A stretch of 64,000 bases of DNA from Promethearchaeota archaeon (GCA_030599585.1 JAUVNS010000006.1:64001-128000); one strand, 5' to 3'. Shown: positions 39,019 through 49,625, counted from the first letter of the stretch. Notes: generated from the sequence alone by a model not told the origin. A program made the numbers and translations.

Positions 39019-40929
39019 ATGCCTTCTCCAATAAATTACCCCCCTAAAGAGGTTATAGAACCTATCTTTGGTAAAATTAACTTTGAATTAGTAATACTCT
39101 GGATGCTTAATAACAACGAAGTATGTACGTGGTCGAATTTAAAAAAAAAGATCAAACCTTCAACATTATCGATTTATCTAAAAAAACTTTTGTTGACAGA
39201 GTTAATTGAAAAGAAAGAATTTAATCAATATACGATAACAACAAAAGGGAAAGACAGATTTTATGAACTATCGCAGGCCACGAGACAAAAAAGGAAGTTA
39301 AATTACCCCCCCAAAGCAATTTTGTGGAAACGGAATTACGATCATTGGATATTATGGATGGTTTACAACAATAATTTCTGTAAATGGGGAGATTTACTGA
39401 ACGAACCTCTTTCAATTAATAATTCCTCATTATCTAAAAATATGAATGCCTTAATTGAAGACGGATTTGTCAAGAAAAAAAATAAGGAGTATAGGATTTC
39501 TCAATTGGGTAAAGCTGAATATTCTGTAATGCTGAGGGATTACGATTTAGACCGTCAATCGATTTTGGAAGACGAAAGTAATCGAATCAAAGAAAATACA
39601 ATAAAAACATTGAAATTTTTCAAAAAGTATAGAATAAGTGAAGATGAAACTAGATTTCGATTTCTCAATAACCTTTTGAGATTACCCCACGAAAGAATCA
39701 AGCAATCTTTAAAAAGTGAAGAAGATTTCTTCAAAATACTTCTATATTTATCCCTCAATCATCCATCACATTATCCTATCTCTATTTCAACTGAGAAATT
39801 TGCTAAAAAATATGGGTTAGAATTAGTAGTTCTAGAGTTTCATGTTTTGCAAATTATTGATAAAAAGATTTTCCCTGTTAAATTTTTCAAATTGGAGGGA
39901 GATATTGATAAGATATATTATTTCCAGGCTAATGAAAAGCTTGAAAGGATGTTAAACGCCGTAGTCGAAGAACATATCACAAAATTTACCTACTTAAATA
40001 GATTGTATGAAGAAGATAAAGATAAGACCTACTCAACAACTTTAGAATCTACAATAGATGCGATATTAGACGAAGTTTGCGGTTCACTTTTTCATGAAGG
40101 TCAGCGCTCTTCTTTAAAGAAGTTGTTACCAAGTTATATTGCTTACTTGGCCTACAAAGTGGAAAAAGAGAAAAAGTTGATTGACACTTATGACAAGTTA
40201 AGGGGTTTAATATGGCATGAAGTACAGACCTATAGTTCGAAAAAATATTTACTTCAAGAATTCACAAATTACGACGAGAATATTAAAGAAGTGGATAAAG
40301 CCCTAAGCTTAAATCCTGACCAGTTTGACAGTTATGTTGATAAAGAGCGCGTGTTAATTTACTTTAACAAGTACGATGAATTATTAACATTTTTAGATGA
40401 AATGCTCGAAAAATTCCCCGATGAAGAGAAGGACATCAAAATTAAGGTTGCCTATATTTATAAAGAGAAAAGAAATTTCGAGGAAGGGCTTAAAATTATT
40501 AATGAATTGCTCGAAAAATACTCAGAAGATACCGAACTTCTTACTTATAAAGCTTATTGGTTACAATATTTAAATCGAAAAGAAGAAGCGGTAGAAATAA
40601 TTCAAAACCTAATCGAACAAGACCCTGATAACAACATTTATCATGATACATATGGTGAAATGTTAATGTCCTTCCAAGATTATGAAAATGCCAAAATTGA
40701 GTTCCTCAAAGCCATCGAAATAAGCTCAGACGAATGGTTTACATTCCAAACGCACATCAAGTTAGGGATATGTTATAAAGAACTTGGTAAGTTTAAGTTA
40801 GCACTCGAAAAATTGGAGTCTGGAATTAAATACGCAGAGAATAGTAAATCTGATTTAGAAACAAAAAAAAATTGGCTTGCCATTGCTAATCTCTTTATTG
40901 CTGAAATTGAAGAATCAAAAGAGAATTAA
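39019..40929 (+). CDS. Tandem winged-helix + TPR protein (putative transcriptional regulator)
   Basis: Two internal repeats (NYPP..ILWM.NNN.C.W..L....STLS..L..L....I.K....Y.I...GK), then C-terminal TPRs (YHDTYGE.L...YE.A..EFLKAIE). Confidence 0.8.
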   Translation: MPSPINYPPKEVIEPIFGKINFELVILWMLNNNEVCTWSNLKKKIKPSTLSIYLKKLLLTELIEKKEFNQYTITTKGKDRFYELSQATRQKRKLNYPPKAILWKRNYDHWILWMVYNNNFCKWGDLLNEPLSINNSSLSKNMNALIEDGFVKKKNKEYRISQLGKAEYSVMLRDYDLDRQSILEDESNRIKENTIKTLKFFKKYRISEDETRFRFLNNLLRLPHERIKQSLKSEEDFFKILLYLSLNHPSHYPISISTEKFAKKYGLELVVLEFHVLQIIDKKIFPVKFFKLEGDIDKIYYFQANEKLERMLNAVVEEHITKFTYLNRLYEEDKDKTYSTTLESTIDAILDEVCGSLFHEGQRSSLKKLLPSYIAYLAYKVEKEKKLIDTYDKLRGLIWHEVQTYSSKKYLLQEFTNYDENIKEVDKALSLNPDQFDSYVDKERVLIYFNKYDELLTFLDEMLEKFPDEEKDIKIKVAYIYKEKRNFEEGLKIINELLEKYSEDTELLTYKAYWLQYLNRKEEAVEIIQNLIEQDPDNNIYHDTYGEMLMSFQDYENAKIEFLKAIEISSDEWFTFQTHIKLGICYKELGKFKLALEKLESGIKYAENSKSDLETKKNWLAIANLFIAEIEESKEN

Positions 40930-42644
40930 TGCAATATTGCTCGTTCAATAAATATTTCATTAACCAGGGAATCAAGTGAAGGAATGTCTTTTTCTTGAAC
41001 AAGCCGATTTGCTTGATAATATTTTTTAATAGGTTCCCATATTTTTTTGTCGTTTTGAATGGTATCGATAAAATGCTTTATTCTCTGCAGAGCTAAGAAC
41101 GACTGTCCTTTAAATAGATAACAGACGATAAATGGAGAGACAGCATTCATGATTATCGTATATTCCCCAAAAATAGCACGATCTAATCCTTGAGAGAACA
41201 TTTCATCACTAAAGGAATTAACAGCAGATAAAAAACCTCCAAACAAATGGTCTTGGAATGACCATCCCTCTTCAAACGATTGGGAGAAGATTGGGTTTCC
41301 CCCTTTTGAGATAATTAAAATTACAACAGAATCCTCTTCTTTGACCTCATCTGGTTCAACCACACGTTTTCGAAGCATGTTGTCCATTTGCTCATTTAAC
41401 CGAGCTAATTCCATACGTTCTTTCAATGATGAAGTTGATTTTTTTAAGTTCTCCCACATAGTTAATTGTTTAAGAAGTTCGTCATGTTCGTTAGAAATTT
41501 TGATAGCTAATTGATAAAATCCATATTTTTCTGCTATAATTTGAGCCTGAGTTAAAAATTGGCGAGCTTCTCTGATATTTAAGGATATTAATGCTAATCT
41601 AGCTTGTAATAGATGAGTTTCACACAAAATCCAATATGAGTGCTGTTGCTCAGCAAAATCTAATAACTTTTGAATGTATGGTTGTATCTCGTCAATTATT
41701 TCGGGATAATTAGTAATACGTAATTCAATAAGGAGTAAATCACAAAGATTAATAATAGTAAAAATGTATTTTTTAATCCATAAAAATTTTAGACCACCAC
41801 TAGAAATATCTTTAGTATTAATAATTTCTTTTAATAGTTTTTCAGATTTAACTCGATTTTTTGAACGTAGACTCGTTTTTAATAATATAGCTTTATAATA
41901 TCGATATAAAATGTCGTTTATTTCACTTTTATCTTTTTCTCTAATCTCACTTATCTGTTGGAAGTAACTGTTTGCCCCTTCAATATCACCCTTATCAAGC
42001 AAAATATCAATTATAAATCCTATCGCATATATTAACCAAGGCAGATATTGAATCTCAATAGCACGCTCTGCATACAATTTCGCGTTATCATAATCACCTA
42101 ATAAGCCATATTTTTCAGAAATATTGATAAGACTCGCAGAAATCAGTTCTTTATTTTTACTATCTTTTGCAAGTTCAAAAGCTTCTTTATTAAGTTCTAG
42201 AGAACGATGAATTTCACCTCTCCAGGTACAAATATTAGCTTTTATCCTAACCAAAAAAGATTCGCTTTCTCTTAAATCTAATGTTGCTGTTTCCTTAATT
42301 TTTATAAATAGGTTATCAGCCTTCTTAATTAGATCTTCACCTTCACTTATATTTCCAAGCATTACGTTTGAAAATGATTTGATCAATAAAGCATCTAGAT
42401 AGGTCAATAAATCTCCTTGTTTCTGGCTTTCTTGCATTAATTGATCAGTGTAAATGTTCGCTTCTGAAAACTGCAACGATTTATATAAAAGGTTTGCTTT
42501 AAGGAGTTTATAAAAAAGCATTTCTTTAGTTGTGAAATTCTCCATATTCTTTAAACCTAAAGCGATTTGGTAAGCTTCTTCAATTCGGCCTTCTCTCAAA
42601 AGGTTCTTTGCTTTAGTCAACTCTTTTATTACAGAATGAGACAT
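40926..42644 (-). CDS. TPR protein with a C-terminal longin-like domain (class B)
   Basis: Helical TPR-like repeats, ISNEHDELL..L.MWE linker, then ILIISKGG.PIFSQSF...LFGGFLSAVNSFSDEMF. Confidence 0.8.
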   Translation of the reverse strand: MSHSVIKELTKAKNLLREGRIEEAYQIALGLKNMENFTTKEMLFYKLLKANLLYKSLQFSEANIYTDQLMQESQKQGDLLTYLDALLIKSFSNVMLGNISEGEDLIKKADNLFIKIKETATLDLRESESFLVRIKANICTWRGEIHRSLELNKEAFELAKDSKNKELISASLINISEKYGLLGDYDNAKLYAERAIEIQYLPWLIYAIGFIIDILLDKGDIEGANSYFQQISEIREKDKSEINDILYRYYKAILLKTSLRSKNRVKSEKLLKEIINTKDISSGGLKFLWIKKYIFTIINLCDLLLIELRITNYPEIIDEIQPYIQKLLDFAEQQHSYWILCETHLLQARLALISLNIREARQFLTQAQIIAEKYGFYQLAIKISNEHDELLKQLTMWENLKKSTSSLKERMELARLNEQMDNMLRKRVVEPDEVKEEDSVVILIISKGGNPIFSQSFEEGWSFQDHLFGGFLSAVNSFSDEMFSQGLDRAIFGEYTIIMNAVSPFIVCYLFKGQSFLALQRIKHFIDTIQNDKKIWEPIKKYYQANRLVQEKDIPSLDSLVNEIFIERAILH

Positions 42645-42777
42645 CGCTATAGTGAGTTTGATATATCTTAACTATTTTGTATAAACTTACTACTATTGTT
42701 CTATTATAAGCTAATTGAAATTTTAAATATAATGTAAAATTCCTTTTTTTTGTACAAAATCACATTCTCTCAATAAT

Positions 42778-43098
42778 ATCGAACAATACCCTGATAACAG
42801 CATCTATCATGATACTTACGGAGAAATGTTAATGTCATTTCAGGATTACGAAAGTGCCAAAAATCAGTTCCTCAAAGCTATTGAAATAAATTCTGATGAA
42901 TGGTTTACATTCCAGACTCACATCAAATTAGGCATATGCTATAAAGAACTTGGGAAGCTTAAATTAGCAGTCGAAAGGTTAGATTCAGGAATGAAATACG
43001 CAGGGAAGAGTAAATTAGATTTAGAAACGAAACAAAAATGGTTAATGATTGCGAACCTTTTTAAAGCAGAAATAGCAGAGTTAGAAAGTGGGGATTAG
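42778..43098 (+). pseudogene. 3' fragment of a wHTH-TPR paralogue (last TPRs only)
   Basis: IEQYPDNSIYHDTYGEMLMSFQDY...WFTFQTHIKLGICYKELGK closely matches the C-terminus of 39019..40929. Similarity stops abruptly at about 42778. Confidence 0.8.
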
Positions 43099-43153
43099 GA
43101 TAGGAGATTCGTCAACTTTAAAGGTTTATTAGAGTAAGTTTTTTAAAAAGATT

Positions 43154-43714
43154 TCATAGTTCTTCTGATAATGCCTTAAATTTATGATAGAGGTTTCCAA
43201 TAATAGCATCAAAGGCTTCAATTACTCCGTCCCCAGTTTTAGCGCTTGTTTTATAAAACCCAAGAAAGTTATACTTATCAACTAATTCTTGGATTTTAGT
43301 ATCATCAGAACTATTTTCATTCACTAAATCTACTTTATTTGCAAAGATAACTATAGGAATCTCACCACAATATTTGGATATATCCGCATACCAATCATCA
43401 ATGTGTTCGAAGCTTTTTGTTCCAAGGTCGTTATCTTCCAGTGAAAATATAATTATTGCTGCCCGACTATTGTTGAAAAAAGAGGATCGTATAAAATTAA
43501 AGTCAACTTGACCAGCTATATCCCAAAATAGCAATTTAATTTTGTCCCCATCAATTTCCTTATCAAATACAGAAAATTGCGCTCCAATAGTCTTAATATA
43601 ATCTTTTCTAAATGCGCCTTTCGTGTATTTTTTAATTAACGACGTTTTACCGACCATTCCGTCGCCTATGACGGTAATCTTAAACCTAAATTTTTTGCCG
43701 ATCTCTTCTGTCAT
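43154..43714 (-). CDS. Rab-like small GTPase, paralogue of 38221..38772
   Basis: GDGMVGKT, TIGAQF, WDIAGQ, NKVD, SAK. Confidence 0.95.
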   Translation of the reverse strand: MTEEIGKKFRFKITVIGDGMVGKTSLIKKYTKGAFRKDYIKTIGAQFSVFDKEIDGDKIKLLFWDIAGQVDFNFIRSSFFNNSRAAIIIFSLEDNDLGTKSFEHIDDWYADISKYCGEIPIVIFANKVDLVNENSSDDTKIQELVDKYNFLGFYKTSAKTGDGVIEAFDAIIGNLYHKFKALSEEL

Positions 43715-43883
43715 CTATTTTCTTCGTAGAATGGAAGTTAAGTTCCTAATTTTATTTTGTTATTTTATTAAGATTAGGGTTTTTTTAATATAAAATTACG
43801 CTTTCAAGAAGGAAAATGTAAGGAATTTTACATAATTCTTAAAAATAATTATCAGAACGGTTTATTATGTGATGAGATTTAAG

Positions 43884-45713
43884 TTAGGAATTTATGGTTA
43901 CAAATATATCGTTGAGTAAGGGTTCCATTAACGGAATGTCTTTTAATTCAACTACTTGACTTGATTTTTCGAATTTTTCAAAAGTCTTCCATATCGCGGG
44001 TTCCTTTTGTAGAGTTTCAACAAACTTCTCTAATTTTTGTTTTGCAAAGTATGTCTGCCCTTGGAATAGATAACAAATTGAAAAAGATCCGACAGATTGC
44101 AGAAGAATTGTATCTTCTCCGAATTTAGCTCTATCTAGACCTTGAGAAAAAAATTCATCACTGAACGTTGAAAATGCTGATAAAAAACTTCCAAATAGGT
44201 CGTCATCGCGTTTCCACTTATCAGTAAAAGGATGAGAAAATAAGAGAACACCACCCTCAGCAAGTATTAGCAGTAGTACTGGTTGCTGACCACCTGACTC
44301 AAGTGGCTCAATTGCTCTTTTTCCTTGCATGCGTTCTATTACACCATCGACAGAAGCTAACCTCAGGCGTTCTGCTACGGATGTTTGTTCTTTCTTAATA
44401 GATTCCCAGAGCTTCAATTCTTCCAATAGACGATCGTGTTCTTTTGAGATTTCACCGGCTAAAAGTTTAAGGCCGTGCTCATCTGCTATATTTTGTGCTT
44501 CTGTTAAGAGCTTTCTAGCCTCGACCATGTTAACTTGAAGTAGGGCTAATTTAGCTTTTAACAGTTTTACATTTGCTAACAAAGAATATGAATTCTCAAG
44601 TTTAGCGTTTTTTTGCAGATGATCAATGAGGGGATGAATGTCTTCTAATATTTCTATTTGATTGGATATTCGGAATTCATCAAAATACCAATTACAAAGA
44701 CTGGTTAAAGCTACATTTGTCGTAAATACCGAGATGTCCTTATCGACAATTTTTTTCAAAATATTTTCCGCTTCGACATGATCTCGCAATCGTGGACTCG
44801 ATTTTAAAAAAATCGATTCAGCTAACTGGTGAAACACATAATTGAACTCATCCCTATATTTGTTAGAGAATTGCTTGAATTTCTTAAGATAATTTTGAGC
44901 TTGCTTAATGTTTTTCAGAGCGAGTAAAACATTTATGATGTTAAAATATGCAAAAGCCGTCCACCAACCTAATTTGGATTTCAGATAAATTTCAAGGCTT
45001 GTTGTATGGTATTCTAACGCACGATTCAAATCCCCCTTTTGATGATGCGTACCCCCCATAAGGCGATAAATATCAGCTTTCATCCTCATTGGGAGATCGT
45101 ATTCCATTTTAGGGATTAGAGATAAAACTTTTTCAGTTATATCTAATGAAATCTGTAATTCTCCCTTTACTCCATAGATATATGCCATATAAACCAAAAT
45201 ACCGGTTATTGTACTAGAATGAGGATCAACTTTTTCCAATAATGTTAGACTTTGTTTAAATTCGGCCAAAGAAAGATCCATATTGCCACTATAAAAACTT
45301 CCAGCCCCTTTCGAAAATAAAAATTCTGCTTCTCTTTGCTGAAACTCTATTGTATCTTCTGGTGGAATTAATTTAAACAATTTTTCATGTTGTTCAAGAT
45401 TTATATAAAAATCTTCTCCAATTGCAAAGTTTACTATAATAAGACCTTTAATAAATAAGGCATCAAGTGAAAAAAAAGGCATATTCATTTCTTGACTCTT
45501 TCGGTAAAGTTCTTCAACGATTTTGAGTGCAAATTCTAGTTGTCCTAAACCATGATAGATCAAGCCCTTGAATCGTTGAATTATTAATGACTCTTCAGGG
45601 ATGGGAGTTTTATTTTGCTCTATTTCATTAATCCGTTGAATTCCTTCTTCATACTTACCTTTATCAATTAACTCTTTTATAAGTGCCAGTTTTTTGGATA
45701 CAGAAATAGACAT
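43884..45713 (-). CDS. TPR-longin-like protein (class A TPR region, class B-like C-terminal domain)
   Basis: TPR repeats, ISKEHDRLLEELKLWE linker, C-terminal LFGSFLSAF..FSDEFFSQGLDRAKFGE. Confidence 0.8.
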   Translation of the reverse strand: MSISVSKKLALIKELIDKGKYEEGIQRINEIEQNKTPIPEESLIIQRFKGLIYHGLGQLEFALKIVEELYRKSQEMNMPFFSLDALFIKGLIIVNFAIGEDFYINLEQHEKLFKLIPPEDTIEFQQREAEFLFSKGAGSFYSGNMDLSLAEFKQSLTLLEKVDPHSSTITGILVYMAYIYGVKGELQISLDITEKVLSLIPKMEYDLPMRMKADIYRLMGGTHHQKGDLNRALEYHTTSLEIYLKSKLGWWTAFAYFNIINVLLALKNIKQAQNYLKKFKQFSNKYRDEFNYVFHQLAESIFLKSSPRLRDHVEAENILKKIVDKDISVFTTNVALTSLCNWYFDEFRISNQIEILEDIHPLIDHLQKNAKLENSYSLLANVKLLKAKLALLQVNMVEARKLLTEAQNIADEHGLKLLAGEISKEHDRLLEELKLWESIKKEQTSVAERLRLASVDGVIERMQGKRAIEPLESGGQQPVLLLILAEGGVLLFSHPFTDKWKRDDDLFGSFLSAFSTFSDEFFSQGLDRAKFGEDTILLQSVGSFSICYLFQGQTYFAKQKLEKFVETLQKEPAIWKTFEKFEKSSQVVELKDIPLMEPLLNDIFVTINS

Positions 45714-45738
45714 TATAGAACTTCTTTACCTAATTGAA

Positions 45739-45781
45739 TTTAAAAAAAATGAAGATTGGCTTCCTTAAAAGTGTTTGCTAC
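45739..45781 (-). promoter_or_regulatory. Conserved promoter: TTTTAA box overlapping an inverted repeat (copy 1)
   Basis: Repeated ~42-nt element, with the TATA about 52 nt upstream of the ATG at 45713. Confidence 0.65.
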
Positions 45782-45816
45782 TAAAAGGATAGAGTGATTT
45801 TGCATAATGCAGAAAA

Positions 45817-47640
45817 TCATTTTATAAAAATTTCATTTACAGTAGTTCCGAGTGAGGGGGGATTATTCAATTCCAGCATTTCACTCGTTTTAGCTGCTCG
45901 ATTTAAAGCGTCCCATATCTCTGTTGTTGTTTTTAATGTGTCTGAGAACCTAGTTAACTTTTGTTGAGCGGAATAAGATTGTCCTTTTATAATATAACAC
46001 GCGAGAAAAGGCTCAATCGGGTTTATAAGGATGGTGTTCTCACCGATTTTAATTCTGTCAATCGATTTAGAGAAAATTTCACCACTAAATGTGTTGAAAG
46101 CAGACATGAAAGCGCTGAAAAGATCGCTAAAGTCCCAATTCTCCACAAATATGTGATTAAAATAGGTTGCACCGCTATTGTCCATGATTAAAAGTGATAT
46201 AGGTTCTTCGTTGGTTAACTCAGGAGGTTCTATTTTGCGTCTTCCTTGCATGCGTTCTAAAACTTCATCAACAGAAGCTAATTTCAAGCGCTCTGATACA
46301 GACGCTTTTGTCTTCTTAATAGATTCCCATAATTTTAGTTCTTCCAACAAGCGATCGTGTTCTCTCGAAATTTCACTGGCCAAAATTTGAAGACCGTGCT
46401 CTTCGGCTATTTTCTGTGCTTCGGTCAAGAGTTTTCTAGCATCAACCATATTTATTTGTAGTAGAGCTAGTTTAGCCTGAAATAATTTCAAAGTAGCTAA
46501 ACCAAAATATGAAGATTTCATTGTCGTTTCTCCTTGCATTTGGTCGATAAGAGGTTGGATATCGTCTAATATTTCCATTCTATTAGTTAGTTGATATCTC
46601 TCAAAATACGACCTACAAAGGTCAGATAAAGCAAAAAAACGCACCCATAAATGTACAATAGATTCTTCTTTCACGATTTTCTTCAAGATTTTTTCTGCTT
46701 CGACATGGTCGCCGATTTTAGAACTCGATCTTAAAATAATGGCTTTAGATAACTGGTATAGTAATACCTGGACATTTGATCCCGGTTTTTCAGTATCATT
46801 TTTGAATTGTTGAAGATATTTCTGTGCTTGATTAATTTGTTTTTTCATAACCAATAAGTTTATTATAGCATAATATGACCAACCTATCCTCCAACTTATT
46901 TCAAATTTCTTATAAATTTCGAGTGCGCGTTTATGGTATTCCAACCCGTTATTTAAATCTCCTTTTGAAGAAAAAGTTAATCCCATACCCCGATAAATAT
47001 CAGCTTTAGAGATCTTTGGAAAATAGTGATCTCTTTTAGAGATATGAGATAAAGCCTTTTCATAAAACTCTGAAGCAAGTTGCACCTCTCCCTTAGCATT
47101 ATAGGTAAAAGCCATAGAGGAATAAATATTGGATATGTAAAGAGATTGAAGATCACTTTTTTCCAACAGGGTCAAACTTTTCTCAAAATCTCTTAAAGCA
47201 AGATCAAAATTGGTTTTATAATAACTCACATTTGCTTTCAAAATCAGGAAATTTACTTCACGTTCTTGATACTCTAACGAATCTTCTTGAGGAAGTGAGT
47301 TAAACATTGTTTCTTGCTGTTCAAAGGTGTTGTACAATTCCTCAAATTTTCCTAGGTATGTTAAAACCCACGCTTTGAGAAATAACGCATCCAACGAAAA
47401 GAATAACATTTCCGTTTCCTGACTCTTTTGGTATAGCTCTTCAGTAGTTTTTAAAGCAATTTCAAATTGTCCTAGATAGGAATAAATAAAAGCCTTATGT
47501 CCCAGAATTTTTAACTTATCTTCAATAGGAAGATTGTCGTTCTCTTCAATATCCTTAATTAATTGAAGTGCTTCTTCCATCTTGCCTTCTTGCATGAGTT
47601 CTTTCACAAGTGCAAGCTCTTTGGAAGCGGAATCGGACAT
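45817..47640 (-). CDS. TPR-longin-like protein (class A)
   Basis: TPR repeats and C-terminal DLFSAFMSAFNTFSGEIFSKSIDRIKIGE. ATG at 47640 chosen by alignment with paralogues. Confidence 0.8.
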   Translation of the reverse strand: MSDSASKELALVKELMQEGKMEEALQLIKDIEENDNLPIEDKLKILGHKAFIYSYLGQFEIALKTTEELYQKSQETEMLFFSLDALFLKAWVLTYLGKFEELYNTFEQQETMFNSLPQEDSLEYQEREVNFLILKANVSYYKTNFDLALRDFEKSLTLLEKSDLQSLYISNIYSSMAFTYNAKGEVQLASEFYEKALSHISKRDHYFPKISKADIYRGMGLTFSSKGDLNNGLEYHKRALEIYKKFEISWRIGWSYYAIINLLVMKKQINQAQKYLQQFKNDTEKPGSNVQVLLYQLSKAIILRSSSKIGDHVEAEKILKKIVKEESIVHLWVRFFALSDLCRSYFERYQLTNRMEILDDIQPLIDQMQGETTMKSSYFGLATLKLFQAKLALLQINMVDARKLLTEAQKIAEEHGLQILASEISREHDRLLEELKLWESIKKTKASVSERLKLASVDEVLERMQGRRKIEPPELTNEEPISLLIMDNSGATYFNHIFVENWDFSDLFSAFMSAFNTFSGEIFSKSIDRIKIGENTILINPIEPFLACYIIKGQSYSAQQKLTRFSDTLKTTTEIWDALNRAAKTSEMLELNNPPSLGTTVNEIFIK

Positions 47641-47666
47641 TTTACACCCTTTTTGCAAAATCGTAG

Positions 47667-47708
47667 TTAAAAAATAGGAAGATTAGTTTCCTTAAAAGTA
47701 TTTGCCAC
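47667..47708 (-). promoter_or_regulatory. Conserved promoter with AGGAA-N7-TTCCT (copy 2)
   Basis: TTAAAAAATAGGAAGATTAGTTTCCTTAAAAGTATTTGCCAC. Confidence 0.65.
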
Positions 47709-47743
47709 ATCAACTTAAGGGTAATTTTAGAAAACAAAGAACT

Positions 47744-49558
47744 TCAGCTTATAAAAATCTCGTTTACTGCACTTCCGAGAGAGGGTGGATTATTTAATTC
47801 CAACATTTCACTAGTTTTGACTGCTCTATTTAACGCCTCCCAAATCTCTGTTGTAGCTTTAATGGCATCTGAAAATCGAGTTAGCTTCTGCTGGGCGGGA
47901 TAGGATTGCCCTTTTATAATATAACAGGCTAGAAATGGCTCAATTGGGTTGATGAGGATTGTATTTTCACCAATTTTAATTCTGTCAATCGATTTGGAGA
48001 AGATCTCGCCACTAAATGAGTTGAATGCAGACATAAAAGAGCTAAAAAGATCGTCAAAATCCCAATCACCAATAAAAGAGTGATTGAAGTAGGTTACTCC
48101 GCTCTTATCCATGATTAAAAGGAGTATCGGTTCTTCAATATTCGCCTCTGGCACCTCAATTGCGCGTCTCCCTTGTAAACGCTTCATAACATCATCAATT
48201 GAAGCCAACTTTATGCGTTCTGATACGGGTGTTTGCGTTTTTTTAAAAGATTCCCATTGTTTCAATTCATCCAACAAAAGATCGTGTTCTTTCGAAATTG
48301 CACCCGCTAAAAGTTGAAGGTCGTGTTCATCGGCTATAAGTTGGGCTTCGGTTAAGAGTTTTCTTGCTTCAAGTAAATTTATTTGAAGTAATGCCAATTT
48401 AGCTTGAAACAATTTTGTGTTAGCTAAAAATAGAAATGAATTTGTTTCTCTAGCATTTCTTTGTAAATGATCGATAAGTGGATGAATATCGTCCAATATG
48501 TCCATCTGATTAGAGATTCGAAATTCTTCGAAATACCAATCACAGAGGTTCATTAACGCAAAATTGGTTAAAAAAATAAAACTACTTTCTTCTACAATTT
48601 TCTTCAATATAGTTTCTGCTTCAACACGGTCACGCATTCTTGAACTAGATTTTAATACTAAAGCGGTTGCCAATGGATATAAGTTGTTACTCAACCAATC
48701 CTCAACATTTTCCTTACTATATTGTTTGAACTCCTTCAGATAATTCTGTGCTAGAGTAAATTCCTTTTTAGTGAGTAATACTTGTATTATGTGAAGGTAT
48801 GACCAAGCCATCCACATTGAACCCCCCACTTTCATGTATATATCGAGAGCACGCTTTTGGTCCTCCAAAGCGTTATTTAAATCCCCTTTTTCCTGATATA
48901 TGACTCCGATAACTCGGTAAATATTAGCTTTATTAACCAAATAATATTCTCCTTTGGGATTAGAAGATAGAGCTTTTTCAGCATATTCTAAAGCAAGTTT
49001 TAGTTCTCCTTTCGCAAGATAGATAAAGGGCAGAAGCTCTGAAGGACTGAATGAGCTAGAACTATGAGTATGTCCCTGTTCTTGCAGAATTAAACTTTTG
49101 TTACAGTAGTCTAAAGCTAGATCAAAATTACCGGATACATAATTTTGATATCCTTTTTGTAACAGTAATTCTGCTTCTCTTTCTTGAAATTCGGGCGAAT
49201 TTTCTCGTGGAATTGATTTAAATAGATTTTCGTGTTGTTGAAAACTTTTGTACGATTCTTCAAATTCTTGAAGATTGTACAAAATCCACGCTTTAATGAC
49301 TAGTGCATCTAACGAAAAGAGAGGCATTTTCTTTTCCTGACTCTTTTGGTATAGTTCTTCAGTGAACTTGAGAGCATTCTTGTATTGTCCTGAATTGTAA
49401 TAAAGGTCGGCTTTATGAAACAGAGTTCTTAATGTTTCTTTATGAGTGAGATTTTCCATCTGTTCAATATCCTTAACAATTTGAAGAGCATCTTCAATTT
49501 TGCCTTCTCGCATGATCTCTTTGACAAGTGTTAATTTTTTGGAAGCGGAATTGGACAT
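47744..49558 (-). CDS. TPR-longin-like protein (class A)
   Basis: C-terminal domain nearly identical to that of 45817..47640. Confidence 0.8.
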   Translation of the reverse strand: MSNSASKKLTLVKEIMREGKIEDALQIVKDIEQMENLTHKETLRTLFHKADLYYNSGQYKNALKFTEELYQKSQEKKMPLFSLDALVIKAWILYNLQEFEESYKSFQQHENLFKSIPRENSPEFQEREAELLLQKGYQNYVSGNFDLALDYCNKSLILQEQGHTHSSSSFSPSELLPFIYLAKGELKLALEYAEKALSSNPKGEYYLVNKANIYRVIGVIYQEKGDLNNALEDQKRALDIYMKVGGSMWMAWSYLHIIQVLLTKKEFTLAQNYLKEFKQYSKENVEDWLSNNLYPLATALVLKSSSRMRDRVEAETILKKIVEESSFIFLTNFALMNLCDWYFEEFRISNQMDILDDIHPLIDHLQRNARETNSFLFLANTKLFQAKLALLQINLLEARKLLTEAQLIADEHDLQLLAGAISKEHDLLLDELKQWESFKKTQTPVSERIKLASIDDVMKRLQGRRAIEVPEANIEEPILLLIMDKSGVTYFNHSFIGDWDFDDLFSSFMSAFNSFSGEIFSKSIDRIKIGENTILINPIEPFLACYIIKGQSYPAQQKLTRFSDAIKATTEIWEALNRAVKTSEMLELNNPPSLGSAVNEIFIS

Positions 49559-49583
49559 TTTACACCCTTTTACTTAATTGTAT

Positions 49584-49625
49584 TTAAAAAATAGGAACAT
49601 TGGTTTCCTTAAAAGTGTTTGTTAC
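49584..49625 (-). promoter_or_regulatory. Conserved promoter with AGGAA-N7-TTCCT (copy 3)
   Basis: TTAAAAAATAGGAACATTGGTTTCCTTAAAAGTGTTTGTTAC. Confidence 0.65.

Noticed and set aside
38221-43714. Eukaryotic contamination or true prenylated Rabs
   Set aside because: There are no introns or C-terminal Cys motifs, and the genes are embedded in dense archaeal-style sequence.
43733-43746. GGAA-N6-TTCC upstream of the second GTPase as another copy of the array operator
   Set aside because: The spacer is one base shorter, the flanks do not match, and it is positioned differently relative to TATA. It could be chance.
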